Source of the DNA: Alphaproteobacteria bacterium
GTDB lineage: Bacteria; Pseudomonadota; Alphaproteobacteria; SMXQ01
Direction of reading: 5' to 3'
DNA: 64,000 nt
NCBI GenBank assembly: GCA_009380075.1
Contig: WHSO01000003.1
Location: forward strand, 4,724-68,723
The notes under the pieces were generated by a model, which was not told where the DNA came from, made no database searches, and was given only the letters and a program-made list of their open reading frames with translations. The position numbers and the translations under genes were made by a program. Positions 1 through 9,645 of this stretch are shown here, piece by piece; positions within the stretch are counted from its first letter, which is position 1, and every line of letters begins with the position of its first letter.

Positions 1-1
1 C

Positions 2-1183
2 AGCAAGGACAAGACGGGGTTCGGCAAGGGTTCCCTGGATGGAGTCATCTTCGCCGAGTCCGCGCAGAACTCCAAGGAAGGAGGGCAGGCGATACCGACG
101 CTCGCCTTCGGCGTGCCGGGCGGCCTTTCCTGGGTTTTCATCCTGTATGCGATGCTGGCCTACAACATCGCGCCGGGACCAGAGATGCTGGGGCGCCACG
201 CAGATATCACGATCATGATTGCCGTCAGTTTCGGCATCGCGAACCTGTTTATGGTGATATTGGGCCTTGCGCTCACGACGCAACTCGCAAGATTGACGAT
301 GATACCGTACGTCGCGATCGGTTCCGTCATGTTGCCGCTTTCGTTCCTTTCGGCCTTCCAGACCGGTGATGGATGGTTCGGTATCATTGTGCTGCTTGTT
401 TTCACACCGATGGGATTGTTGATGAAAGCTTACAAGTGGCCGAGGGCGCCGCTGATCCTTGGTTTCATTCTGGGCGGGGTCATCGAGCGGAACCTGCAGA
501 GCGCCATCTCCGCGTACGGCACGATAAGTTTTCTCACCCGCCCGATTACGTTGACCCTGATTGCGATCACGATTGCGACGACGGTTCTGTTTTTGAGAAT
601 GAACCGCTCTTCCCCCCTGCAAGCTGGAGGCGGGCCGGGAAGTGCTCCGGCAAACGTGGTCGAAAGTCCAGCGAGTGGTGGGCGCAGGCTATCGCCCGAT
701 CTTCGTGGGGGGTGGCGGGCTGAACATTGGTTCAGCCTGAGTATTCTGGTCTTCGCGGTCACTGTCTTTATCGCGTCGTTTGCCTACGAGCCCAAGGCCC
801 GTTTCTTGCCGGTGGCGACATCCGGTGTCGTGATCGTCTTGGTTCTCTTTCAGCTTCTCATGGGACGTGGCAAACAAACCGGCGACATCATGGACATCGG
901 CCTGCGCAGCATGAATACGCCTGGGGCAGGGCAGAATGCGGTGATCATCTTCATCGGCATAATTCTCTATATGATTTTGAGCCTCACAGTCGGCCTGATG
1001 TACGCCTCCATCTTGTTTGCCGCTTGCGCCCCCTTGGTCATGATGACTGGCCGTGCGCGCATCATCACGAGCCTCGTCGGCGTTATTCTCGTCGGTCTCA
1101 TGAGCGTCGGCTTGCTTGATTACTACATGGGCGTGTACTGGCCCGAACCCTACATCGCAACCTGGATCAGAGAAATCTGGTGA
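2..1183 (+). CDS. tctA: Tripartite tricarboxylate transporter large subunit TctA fused to a C-terminal TctB-like domain (5' truncated by window edge)
   Basis: Frame is open from base 2 (SKDKTGFGKGSLDGVIFAESAQNSKEGGQAIPTLAFGVPGG), a TctA signature. Contains WPRAPLILGFILGGVIERNL, then about 150 extra hydrophobic residues ending YWPEP. Paralog at 45012-46994. Confidence 0.85.
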   Translation, partial: SKDKTGFGKGSLDGVIFAESAQNSKEGGQAIPTLAFGVPGGLSWVFILYAMLAYNIAPGPEMLGRHADITIMIAVSFGIANLFMVILGLALTTQLARLTMIPYVAIGSVMLPLSFLSAFQTGDGWFGIIVLLVFTPMGLLMKAYKWPRAPLILGFILGGVIERNLQSAISAYGTISFLTRPITLTLIAITIATTVLFLRMNRSSPLQAGGGPGSAPANVVESPASGGRRLSPDLRGGWRAEHWFSLSILVFAVTVFIASFAYEPKARFLPVATSGVVIVLVLFQLLMGRGKQTGDIMDIGLRSMNTPGAGQNAVIIFIGIILYMILSLTVGLMYASILFAACAPLVMMTGRARIITSLVGVILVGLMSVGLLDYYMGVYWPEPYIATWIREIW

Positions 1184-1209
1184 AAATCCGTAACTGAGAG
1201 GTGTCAAAC

Positions 1210-2370
1210 ATGCGAAACGGACTGAAAATTTTTGATGCCGATACACACGTCAGCCCTTCGGCGGAAGCGCTTCGTCCACACCTTTCGGCAAAGCTCCTGC
1301 AACTGGTTCCCGACCTGGAACAGCACCGACAGGAAGTGAAGGTCGGTTGGGCAGGCGAGCAGTTCCAGCCTCCTTATCGCCACCGATACCGCTTTGGCAA
1401 TCGCTCAGGCTGGAGCAAGAACAAACCGCGCCATCTCGGCGAGGCCGGCCCGCGGGAGAACGCTGAGCGGCATTTTCAGAAATTTATGGGCGTGACGTAT
1501 CCCAGCGAAGGCGGCGCCGATGACAATGCTGCCGCCCGGTTGAGGGACATGGACACGGAGGGTGTCGACGTCCACTTCCTTGTCAGTGTTGGCGGCGTTG
1601 GTCATCCCGATCCCGAGGTGGAAATGGAGTTCATTTGTGCCGAGCACCGCTATTTGAACGAATTCTGTGGTTCCGATCCAAGCCGGCTGAAATCCTGCCT
1701 TACCGTCACACCGCTGTTGATCGACGCCTCAGTCGCAGAAATTCGCCGCTGGGCGAAAGAACCCTGGGCAGTGGCGGTCCATCCGAACCTGCCGCTCGAC
1801 TATCCCCTTGATCACCCTGACCTGTATCCCATCTGGGAAGCGGCGCAGGAACATGGCTTATGTGTGATTCACCATAGCCTGTCCTGGGGCTACCCGGGAT
1901 ATCGTGACATGTGGGGGAACCCTTTTATCGGCAGATCGGCGAGCCACCCATGGGCGGCGATGCGGGCCGTCGCCTCTTTCATCGGCGGGGGGCTCATGGA
2001 CCGGTTTCCGGAAATCCGGTACGGCGTGCTCGAATCGGGTTTCGGCTGGCTGCCCTTCTGGGCGAATCGCATGAACGATCAAGCCATTTACGTTGGCTAT
2101 GTCGTTGAACTCCGTCATAAGTTGAGCGATTACCTGACAGGGGGCCGCTTTTTTGCATCCATCGAGCAGCATGAAGGTCCCCAGATGGCCAGGCACGTAA
2201 ACGAGTTTCTGGGAGATCACGTGCTGATGTTCGGTTCCGACTATCCGCACGCGGAGTCCCGCTTCCCCGAATCCGCGGACCGGACGTTGGCGTGGCAGAA
2301 CGTGATTGGCTCCGAAGCAATGAGGAAGATGATGTGGGATAATCCGGCACGATTCTTTGGCAAGCCATAA
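1210..2370 (+). CDS. Amidohydrolase family 2 metal-dependent hydrolase/decarboxylase
   Basis: DADTH, HH, LESGFGWLPFW and FGSDYPH motifs; ends WDNPARFF. ATG at 1210 follows a GAGAGG RBS. Confidence 0.85.
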   Translation: MRNGLKIFDADTHVSPSAEALRPHLSAKLLQLVPDLEQHRQEVKVGWAGEQFQPPYRHRYRFGNRSGWSKNKPRHLGEAGPRENAERHFQKFMGVTYPSEGGADDNAAARLRDMDTEGVDVHFLVSVGGVGHPDPEVEMEFICAEHRYLNEFCGSDPSRLKSCLTVTPLLIDASVAEIRRWAKEPWAVAVHPNLPLDYPLDHPDLYPIWEAAQEHGLCVIHHSLSWGYPGYRDMWGNPFIGRSASHPWAAMRAVASFIGGGLMDRFPEIRYGVLESGFGWLPFWANRMNDQAIYVGYVVELRHKLSDYLTGGRFFASIEQHEGPQMARHVNEFLGDHVLMFGSDYPHAESRFPESADRTLAWQNVIGSEAMRKMMWDNPARFFGKP

Positions 2371-2468
2371 GGCTCAAGGCGTCCGATTATGGTCAAGATT
2401 GGGCAGGCACCAATAAGCAGCGCAATCGAACGGGAGTCAGAATAGATTACTGAAAAAGGGAGGAGGTA

Positions 2469-3236
2469 ATGCCGTTCTACGAAAATGGCCCCGTACGGAT
2501 TCATTATGAGGAGGCAGGTAACGGCTTCCCTCTTTTTCTTATCCCTGGTGGAGGGATGAACGCGACCATTTCCAAATTCACGGAAACTGCCCGGTTCAAT
2601 CCGATTGAGGAATTCAAGGATGAATACCGCTGCATCACAATGGATCTGCGCAATGCTTATGACGGCCAGTCCTCGGGGCCGCTCGAAATCGAGCGGCCTT
2701 GGGACGCGTATGCGGACGATCAGATCGGCCTATTGGACTATCTGGGAGTCGATCAATTCATGGTAATGGGCTTTTGCATCGGTGGACCGCTTACCTGGAA
2801 CCTCTTGAAGCGCGCACCCGACCGTGTTGTTGCTGCCGTGTTGGCGCAGCCCAGCGGTTTCCGCCCCGAAAAACCGGACCTTTTCTACCAGAACAACATC
2901 AAGAACTGGGGGCCAAAAATCTGCGCGCAGCGTCCTGACATTACGATGGAAATGGTCGACGCCTTTCTGACTGGAATGTACCGTACCAATGCTGATTTTG
3001 TTTTCACTGTGACGCGAGACTTCGTGGGCAATTGCCAAACCCCGGTCTTGGTTCTGCCCGACGACATCCCGCCGCACCCCTATGCCGTGGCGATGGAATC
3101 CGCCTTACTCGCCCCGAATTCCCAAGTCAGCCTGTTTCCTTGGAAGGAGCCAAGGGAACGGATCGCCCTCGCGGTGCGGCATGTACGCACGTTCCTGAAA
3201 GCACATTGTCCTGCAGTAACTGCGCGAAATTCATAA
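2469..3236 (+). CDS. Alpha/beta-fold hydrolase with G-F-C-I-G-G nucleophile elbow
   Basis: IHYEEAGNGFPLFLIPGGG N-terminus, MDLRNA, GFCIGG at 2769-2786; strong RBS AGGAGG. Confidence 0.8.
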   Translation: MPFYENGPVRIHYEEAGNGFPLFLIPGGGMNATISKFTETARFNPIEEFKDEYRCITMDLRNAYDGQSSGPLEIERPWDAYADDQIGLLDYLGVDQFMVMGFCIGGPLTWNLLKRAPDRVVAAVLAQPSGFRPEKPDLFYQNNIKNWGPKICAQRPDITMEMVDAFLTGMYRTNADFVFTVTRDFVGNCQTPVLVLPDDIPPHPYAVAMESALLAPNSQVSLFPWKEPRERIALAVRHVRTFLKAHCPAVTARNS

Positions 3237-3482
3237 AGTTTTTGGAGTTATGAATGGAGAAAGTTCGTCAGTGGTATCTTTCGCTCCACCATGCTTTCCC
3301 GTCTTTCTTCGGTCGCTCGCAGGCGCCCTCGGCAACGGGGAACGGCCATCGCTGGTTCTTTTGCCCATCCTGCAGGGCCCACGTCGGCGAATTGTCTGAA
3401 CCTTTCGGCACCGTCGCTCGCAACGTCGACGGTGTCGGTATAATCGGTCGATAGAAGCAAAAACAGTCATTGGAGAGGGACG

Positions 3483-4964
3483 TTGTCCAGGCGTGAAGAG
3501 TGCGATGTGATCGTGATCGGCGGCGGCAGCGCGGCCTTCGATGCCGCCGTGTCGGCCAGGAAATCGGGCGCCGGTCGGATCATCATGCTGGAGAAGGCAC
3601 CGGAAGCCGAATATGGGGGCAATGCGCGCTATTCGGGCACGGGCTTCCGCTTTACCCATTCCGGGGCCGAGGAAATGCGCGAGCTGGTGCCGGACGTGGA
3701 CGAGGAATACTTCCGCTCCCTCAACATCCCGCCGTATACGCGCGAGGATTTCCTGGCCGACCTCGACCGCATGACCCAGGGCTGCATGGACCGCACGCTG
3801 GCGGAGACACTCGTGAACGAGTCCAATGCCGCCGTGCACTGGATGAAGGATGTGGGCATCAGGTGGGAATTCCTGAAGGAGCACGCCAAGGTCGGCGGCA
3901 AACTCTACTTCGAACGCGGCATCGCCGTTCACGTCGCCGGCGGCGGGGTAGGGCAACTGGAGCAGTGGCGGGCGGTGGCCGAAGGCCTCGGCATCGAAAT
4001 CCGGTTCAACTCACCGGTCAGCGCCATCCACGGCAACATGCACCGGATCGAGGGCGTGCGGGTCTGCGCGGCGTCCGGGGAATACGACCTCCATGCCCGC
4101 GCGGTCATCGCCTGTGCCGGCGGCTTCCAGGCGAGCCCGGAGATGCGCGCGCGCTACCTGTCGGGCAACACCGACTTCGCCAAGGTGCGCGGTTCGAAGC
4201 ACGATACCGGCGAGGTGCTGCGCTACCTGATAGAGCTGGGCGCGCTCGCGGGCGGGCAATGGCAGTCCGGGCACATGTCGCCGATCGACGCCGCCGCGCC
4301 CGATTTCGAAACGCCCCAGCACGCGGACGGCCGCGGCAATACCCAGAGCCGCTACGACTATCCCTTCGGCATTTCGGTCAACAACCTGGGCCAGCGCTTC
4401 TTCGACGAAGGCGAGGCACAGCATTCCTTCACCTATGCCAAGACCGGGCGGGCGGTCCTGGCCCAGCCGGGCTCGACCGCCTTTCAAATCTATGACCAGA
4501 AGGGGATCCGCCTGCACCGCTATCCCCATCACAAGGCAACCTTCGAGGAAGCGACGACGATCGCCGAACTGGCAGGAAAGATTGGTCTTGCGCCGGAGGT
4601 GCTCGCCAATACGGTGAACGAGTTCAATGCCGCCTGCTCCGACGACCGTCCCTTCGACCCGACCCGACCCGATGGCAGGTGCACCCGCGGCCTCGCCATC
4701 AACAAGTCCAACTGGGCCGCGCCCATCGACGAGCCGCCGTTCCGCGCCTACCCGGTGGCCTGCGGCATCACCTTCACCTTCGGGGGTCTCAAGGTGAATA
4801 CCCGCGCCCAGGTGCTCAACACCATGCACGAACCCATCCGCGGCCTCTATGCCTCGGGCGACATCATCGGCCTGTTCTTCCACAACTACCCGTCGTTCAC
4901 GGGGCAGACCCGCAATGCCGTCTTCGGCCGCCTCGCCGGGCGCAGCGCGGTGGAGGACAACTAG
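3483..4964 (+). CDS. FAD-dependent oxidoreductase, tricarballylate dehydrogenase TcuA / FAD_binding_2 family
   Basis: DVIVIGGGSAA FAD motif, LEKAP...GGNARYS, IACAGGFQASPEMRARYL, YPFGISVNNLGQRFFDEG, GITFTFGGLKVN, GLYASG. TTG start with GGAGAGG RBS. Confidence 0.85.
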   Translation: MSRREECDVIVIGGGSAAFDAAVSARKSGAGRIIMLEKAPEAEYGGNARYSGTGFRFTHSGAEEMRELVPDVDEEYFRSLNIPPYTREDFLADLDRMTQGCMDRTLAETLVNESNAAVHWMKDVGIRWEFLKEHAKVGGKLYFERGIAVHVAGGGVGQLEQWRAVAEGLGIEIRFNSPVSAIHGNMHRIEGVRVCAASGEYDLHARAVIACAGGFQASPEMRARYLSGNTDFAKVRGSKHDTGEVLRYLIELGALAGGQWQSGHMSPIDAAAPDFETPQHADGRGNTQSRYDYPFGISVNNLGQRFFDEGEAQHSFTYAKTGRAVLAQPGSTAFQIYDQKGIRLHRYPHHKATFEEATTIAELAGKIGLAPEVLANTVNEFNAACSDDRPFDPTRPDGRCTRGLAINKSNWAAPIDEPPFRAYPVACGITFTFGGLKVNTRAQVLNTMHEPIRGLYASGDIIGLFFHNYPSFTGQTRNAVFGRLAGRSAVEDN

Positions 4965-5064
4965 GGGTGATCGCAACGCCGCATGGTGGGACGATCCTCC
5001 CCTGGCAGCCCTGCCGCCGTCCCCTGGTATGTTGCCGTGTCCGTCCACCTATCGAAATCAGGTG

Positions 5065-6462
5065 ATGATCAAGGCCCTCGCACATATCAGCCCGGAGACC
5101 GACCGTCTCAGCCGTTACATGGCGGCGGCGGGGCGCAAGCGTCTTCCGGCGGCGGTGGTCGAGCGGGTCAGGCTCCACATCCTCGACACGTTCGCCGCCA
5201 TGGTCTCCGGTTCGCGGCTGCTGCCGGGGCGGCGCGCCATCGCCTACGTTGAGGGCCTTGGCGGGCGCCGGGAAGCAGCTGTCGCCGGATCACGCATCGT
5301 CACCAGCGCCGCGAACGCGGCGCTCGCCAACGGCATGCTGGCCCACGCGGACGAGACCGACGATTCCCATGTCGCCTCCCATACCCACCCGGGCTGTGCC
5401 GTCGTTCCTGCCGCGCTGGCGGCGGCGGAAAAGGTGCGCGCCGGCGGCGCGGCCTTCCTGCGCGCCGTTGTGCTTGGATACGACGTCGGTTGCCGCTTGA
5501 CCCGGGCACTCGACGTCGATGCACTCACGGCGGCTTTCCGCAGTACCCACAGCTTCGGTGGAACCTTCGGCGCGGGCGCCGCCGCGGGCTGCCTTTTCGG
5601 ACTGAAGCCGGTGCAGGCGCGACATCTGTTGTCGTATTGCGCACAGCTCGCGTCGGGTTGCACGGCGAACGTCCGCGACAGCGAACACATCGAAAAGGCA
5701 TTCGACTTCGGCGGCATGCCCGCTCACCATGGTATTCTCGCGGCCACGATGGTCGAGGCGGGTTTCACGGGCGTGGACGACATCTTCTCGGGCGAGAGGA
5801 ATTTCCTCGATGCTTTTGCTCCATTTCCCCATCCGGAGGAACTGTGTGCGGACCTGGGGCAGCGTTACGAGGTCACCCACACCAATATCAAGCGCTGGAC
5901 GGTGGGATCGCCCATGCAGGCCGCGCTCGATTCCCTCGAATGGCTGATGCGCGAGCACGGCGTCACGGCGGACGAAGTCGATGTCGTCAGGGTCCATCTT
6001 GCCCCGAGGGCTTCGCGGACGGTCGATGAAGCGCCAATGCCGAACATCAATGCCCAGCACCTCGTCGCCGTGATGCTCGTCGACGGCACGCTCGGCTTTT
6101 CAAGCTCCCATGACGTCGCGCGCATGAAGGATCCCGCCGTCAGTGCATTGCGCCGGCGCGTGCGGATCGTGCCGAACGAGAAACTGGCGGCGGCCAGGCC
6201 CGCGCGCCAGGCGATCGTCGAAATCGATACGCACAACGGCCGAACGCTGTCCCGGCGCACGGTGACGGTGCGTGGGACGCCCGCCAATCCGATGGACCGC
6301 ACGGACGTCGCCGCGAAGGCGAGGGGGTTGATGGAGCCGGTGATCGGCACCCGCAGGACGAGCCGGCTGATCGATGCGGTACTTTCGCTGGAAAAACTGG
6401 ACGACATGACACGTCTCCGGCCGTTGTTCGTGCCGCGGGTTGGCGGAAAGGCCGTGCCATGA
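5065..6462 (+). CDS. MmgE/PrpD family protein
   Basis: AALANGMLAHADETDD...HPG, VVLGYDVG, HGILAATMVEAGFTG, RGTPANP motifs. Start placed at GTG/ATG 5062/5065 rather than the 4849 ORF start. Confidence 0.85.
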   Translation: MIKALAHISPETDRLSRYMAAAGRKRLPAAVVERVRLHILDTFAAMVSGSRLLPGRRAIAYVEGLGGRREAAVAGSRIVTSAANAALANGMLAHADETDDSHVASHTHPGCAVVPAALAAAEKVRAGGAAFLRAVVLGYDVGCRLTRALDVDALTAAFRSTHSFGGTFGAGAAAGCLFGLKPVQARHLLSYCAQLASGCTANVRDSEHIEKAFDFGGMPAHHGILAATMVEAGFTGVDDIFSGERNFLDAFAPFPHPEELCADLGQRYEVTHTNIKRWTVGSPMQAALDSLEWLMREHGVTADEVDVVRVHLAPRASRTVDEAPMPNINAQHLVAVMLVDGTLGFSSSHDVARMKDPAVSALRRRVRIVPNEKLAAARPARQAIVEIDTHNGRTLSRRTVTVRGTPANPMDRTDVAAKARGLMEPVIGTRRTSRLIDAVLSLEKLDDMTRLRPLFVPRVGGKAVP

Positions 6463-7532
6463 CCCTGATCCTGTCCAACGAGGAGGTGGAGGCCGCCCTC
6501 CCGATGGCCGATTGCCTGGCGGCGTTCGACGAGGCCTACCGTGCTCTCGGCCGCGGCGCCGCGGCGACCGGCGTGCGCGGGGAAATCCTGTCGCCGACTG
6601 AACGTCCCGAGGCGCTGTATTCACTCCTTACCATGGCGGGCGTCGTGCCCGGGTTCGAGGTCGGTGCGGTGCGTATCAATTCCGATATCCTAACCTGGCC
6701 CAGGACGGCGCACGGCCTTCGCCGGGAGAAGGTCCCGGCGGCATCGGGCGGACGGTACGTCGGTCTGGTTCTGCTGTTCAGCACCGTCACGGGAGAGCCT
6801 CTGGCCGTCTATCCCGACGGCATCGTCCAGCGCATGCGCGTCGGCGCCACGAGCGGCCTGGCGGCGAAATACCTGGCACGCGACGACGCGCGCACGGCCG
6901 CTATCCTCGGCGCCGGCTGGCAGGCAGGCGGCCAGGCCATGGCCATCGCAGCGGTGCGGTCCGTCACCGAGATCCGGTGCTACAGTCCGACGGCGGTGCG
7001 CCGCCGGGCTTTCGCCGAGGAATGGTCGCGCAAGCTCGGGATCGACGTCCGGCCCGTGGAGCGCCTCGAGGACGCAGTCGCCGGCGCCGACGTGGTGCTC
7101 GGCGCAACCAACAGCATGCAGCCGGTCCTCCCGCCCGACCTCCTCGAACCGGGCATGCACGTGAGCAGCCTGAAGCGTCTCGAGTTCTATCCGGAGACCA
7201 TCGCCCGCGCCGACGTCGTGTTCACCCATATGCGCGGCGGTGCCGTGCATATGACCCGGATCGCGGGCGCGGACCTGGCACGGGACACCGACGCCGCCAA
7301 GGAAAACCTCGCCAAGGCCGTCGGGCAATCGGCGATGCCGATGCTGCCGGAGCTGCTGCTCGGCGAGGTACCGGGACGGCGCAGCGCGCGCGACATAACG
7401 ATGTTCCTCAACTATGCCGGGCTGGGCTTCCAGTTCGCCGTGACGGGCCACGTGATCTACCGCAAGGCGCGGGAACTGGGACTGGGCCGCGAAATCCCTA
7501 CCGACTGGCTTACAAGCGCTTTGCCGTCCTGA
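6459..7532 (+). CDS. Ornithine cyclodeaminase / mu-crystallin family protein (imine reductase-like)
   Basis: MRVGATSGLAAKYLARDDA, ILGAGWQA Rossmann motif, ADVVLGATNS, GLGFQFAV. Overlaps the upstream stop (ATGA). Confidence 0.85.
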   Translation: MTLILSNEEVEAALPMADCLAAFDEAYRALGRGAAATGVRGEILSPTERPEALYSLLTMAGVVPGFEVGAVRINSDILTWPRTAHGLRREKVPAASGGRYVGLVLLFSTVTGEPLAVYPDGIVQRMRVGATSGLAAKYLARDDARTAAILGAGWQAGGQAMAIAAVRSVTEIRCYSPTAVRRRAFAEEWSRKLGIDVRPVERLEDAVAGADVVLGATNSMQPVLPPDLLEPGMHVSSLKRLEFYPETIARADVVFTHMRGGAVHMTRIAGADLARDTDAAKENLAKAVGQSAMPMLPELLLGEVPGRRSARDITMFLNYAGLGFQFAVTGHVIYRKARELGLGREIPTDWLTSALPS

Positions 7533-7624
7533 CGATGGCGGATCAGGGGGTAGCCAAGCTGATCTCTTCCCGGCACAATAGCCTTCACGCAATCACAAGA
7601 AACCGAATCTTCAGGGAGGTCTCG

Positions 7625-8677
7625 ATGATACGCACCAAACACGTTCTGACCGCACTGACCGTGCTTGCGGCGGCAACCCTTCCGGTTGCACCGGGCACCG
7701 CACACGCCGCCAGCCCGTGGGAAGGCAAGTCCATGACCTTTGTCGTCGGCTTCGGTGTCGGTGGCAGCTACAACGCCTACAGCCGGCTGGTTGCGGGCCA
7801 TATCGGGCGGTTTCTTCCCGGGAACCCCACGGTCATCGTGCAGAACATGCCGGGCGCCGGCAGCGTGCGCGCCACCAACCATCTTTACGAGATCGCCCCC
7901 AAGGACGGCACTGTCATTGGCATGATCGACCAGGCGATCCAGGCGTTCGAGCTGATGGGGCGCAGCGGTCTCAAGGCCGAGTCAACGAAGTTCAACTGGA
8001 TCGGGCGGCTCATCTCCAACAGCGCCGTGCTTTTTGCGTGGCATTCCGCGCCCATCAACAAGATCGAGGACGCGCTGGAAAAGGAATTCATCGTTTCGGC
8101 TTCGGGTGCGGCGTCGCGCCTCAACTGGACGATCATGAACAAGGTCATCGGCACCAAGATCAAGATCATCACCGGCTACAAGGGCACCGGCGAGTCCCTG
8201 CTCGCGATGCAGCGCGGTGAAATCCACGGGCTCAGCCGCCCGTGGACGGCGCTCAAGGCGTCCCAGGGGGACTGGATCAAGGAAGGCAAGATCCGCCTCT
8301 TACTACAGACCGGCGCCGAAAAGAACGACGACCTGCAGAACGTGCCGCGCATGCTCGACCTCGCGAAGAATGAGGAGGACCGCAAGCTCCTCCGCTTCTT
8401 CGCCGCACCGTCGGAAATAGGCCGCTCGGTGGTCGCGCCTCCAGGCGTTCCCAAGGAGACGGTCGCACAATTGCGTGAGGCTTTCTGGAAGGCCATTCAC
8501 GATCCTCGTTTTGGTGCCGATCTGAAGAAGTCGAAGCTCGACCTCGAGCCGATGCGCGGCGATAAGCTGCAGGCCCTCGTGGAATCCGGCAAGGACGTCT
8601 CGCCTGCGATAATCGAACGGGCCAAGGCGCTTTCCGCGACACAGGCCAAGAAGAAGAAAAAGAAGAAGAGCGGCTAA
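7625..8677 (+). CDS. tctC: Bug/TctC family tripartite tricarboxylate transporter substrate-binding protein with poly-Lys tail
   Basis: Signal peptide; VGFGVGGSYNAYSRLVA, VIVQNMPGAGS, APKDGT, GYKGTGESLLAMQRGE, PPGVP. RBS GGAGGT before ATG 7625. Ends KKKKKKKSG. Confidence 0.88.
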   Translation: MIRTKHVLTALTVLAAATLPVAPGTAHAASPWEGKSMTFVVGFGVGGSYNAYSRLVAGHIGRFLPGNPTVIVQNMPGAGSVRATNHLYEIAPKDGTVIGMIDQAIQAFELMGRSGLKAESTKFNWIGRLISNSAVLFAWHSAPINKIEDALEKEFIVSASGAASRLNWTIMNKVIGTKIKIITGYKGTGESLLAMQRGEIHGLSRPWTALKASQGDWIKEGKIRLLLQTGAEKNDDLQNVPRMLDLAKNEEDRKLLRFFAAPSEIGRSVVAPPGVPKETVAQLREAFWKAIHDPRFGADLKKSKLDLEPMRGDKLQALVESGKDVSPAIIERAKALSATQAKKKKKKKSG

Positions 8678-8684
8678 CCCTTCG

Positions 8685-8945
8685 CTGCTGGCGCCGCCGG
8701 CGATTCCGGCGGGCCGCGCCGCTGCCCTGCGCACGGTCTCCACCACCCTGAAGAAGGTCGACAAGAAAGGCGCGGTGCTGTCCTTCGACGTCAAGGGAAA
8801 GGCCCAACGGGCACGCACCAGCAACGCCCGGACGGCGGTCACGGTCAAGGGTACCCCGGTGAAGCGGTCCGACCTCAAGGCCGGGATGAACTGCTCGATC
8901 ATCTATCAGGGGAGCGGGACCGAGGCGTCCAATGTCACCTGTTAG
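8685..8945 (+). CDS. Unlisted small basic beta-rich ORF (about 86 aa) lacking a canonical start; C-terminal Cys pair
   Basis: Read by hand: LLAPPAIPAGRAAALRTVSTTLKKVDKKGAVLSFDVKGKAQRARTSNARTAVTVKGTPVKRSDLKAGMNCSIIYQGSGTEASNVTC*. Strong G/C third-position bias like the neighbouring genes. Frame is open from 8613 with no ATG/GTG/TTG upstream of the domain. Confidence 0.6.
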   Translation: MLAPPAIPAGRAAALRTVSTTLKKVDKKGAVLSFDVKGKAQRARTSNARTAVTVKGTPVKRSDLKAGMNCSIIYQGSGTEASNVTC

Positions 8946-9020
8946 GCGTAATGGGATTGTATACCGTGCCGGTTTCCGCGCGCGTGCAGCCCCCATCGCA
9001 CCTGCAACCGGGGGGCACCG

Positions 9021-9467
9021 TCAGCACGCGTGAACGGCCTCGACCTTCACCCGTGTAATCCCGGCACGCACGAAATCCAAATCCCTCGCGGCTCGGTAAG
9101 AGACGTCAAGGAATCGCCCCTTGATGAAGGGGCCCCGGTCGTTCACGGTGAGGACCACGGATCGCCCGTTCCCGACGTTCGTGACCCGGATTCGGCTGCC
9201 GAAAGGCAACGTGCGATGGGCCGCGGTCAAGCCATGCATGTTGAACGTCTGCCCACTCGCCGTACGGCGTCCGTGATGTTCACGACCGTACCACGAGGCC
9301 GTGCCGGCTTCCTGATAGTGGCGGGCCTGCGTGCAGTTCAATGGTGCTTCCCTCGTGCCGTCATGTCGTGGATTGACCTGCGTGCAGGAGGCCAGAACAA
9401 ACGGCGCCAGCACCAGGGCAAGTCTCGCACGTAACCTTGAAGGCGGCATGGTCCGCGTGATCATCAT
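9021..9467 (-). CDS. rlpA: RlpA-family septal ring lytic transglycosylase lipoprotein (DPBB domain only, no SPOR)
   Basis: Lipobox LASC; GTASWYG...RTASGQTFNMHGLTAAHRTLPFGSRIRVTN...VNDRGPF...LDVSYRAA. Start at 9467/9449 rather than 9689. Confidence 0.9.
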   Translation of the reverse strand: MMITRTMPPSRLRARLALVLAPFVLASCTQVNPRHDGTREAPLNCTQARHYQEAGTASWYGREHHGRRTASGQTFNMHGLTAAHRTLPFGSRIRVTNVGNGRSVVLTVNDRGPFIKGRFLDVSYRAARDLDFVRAGITRVKVEAVHAC

Positions 9468-9645
9468 CGCACCTGAAAACTGCGTCACGGAACGTCCCGA
9501 AAAGCGTAATCCGGCCAAGCTTAATGGCTTGTTAAGGGACGTCCCCGGACGCCGACGGAGAGCACTAAAGGGAAGGACCTCCCGCTCCGATGGGCACATT
9601 CCAGGTAGGGCTGTCCTGTGGGACCTCGGGACACTGAGGCCGAAC

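Noticed and set aside
3248-3460. Small ORFs 3254-3454 (+) and 3248-3460 (-); the FCPSC motif is reminiscent of GFA-type proteins
   Set aside because: Only one CxxC, atypical codon usage and no other family motifs; cannot be supported as a gene.
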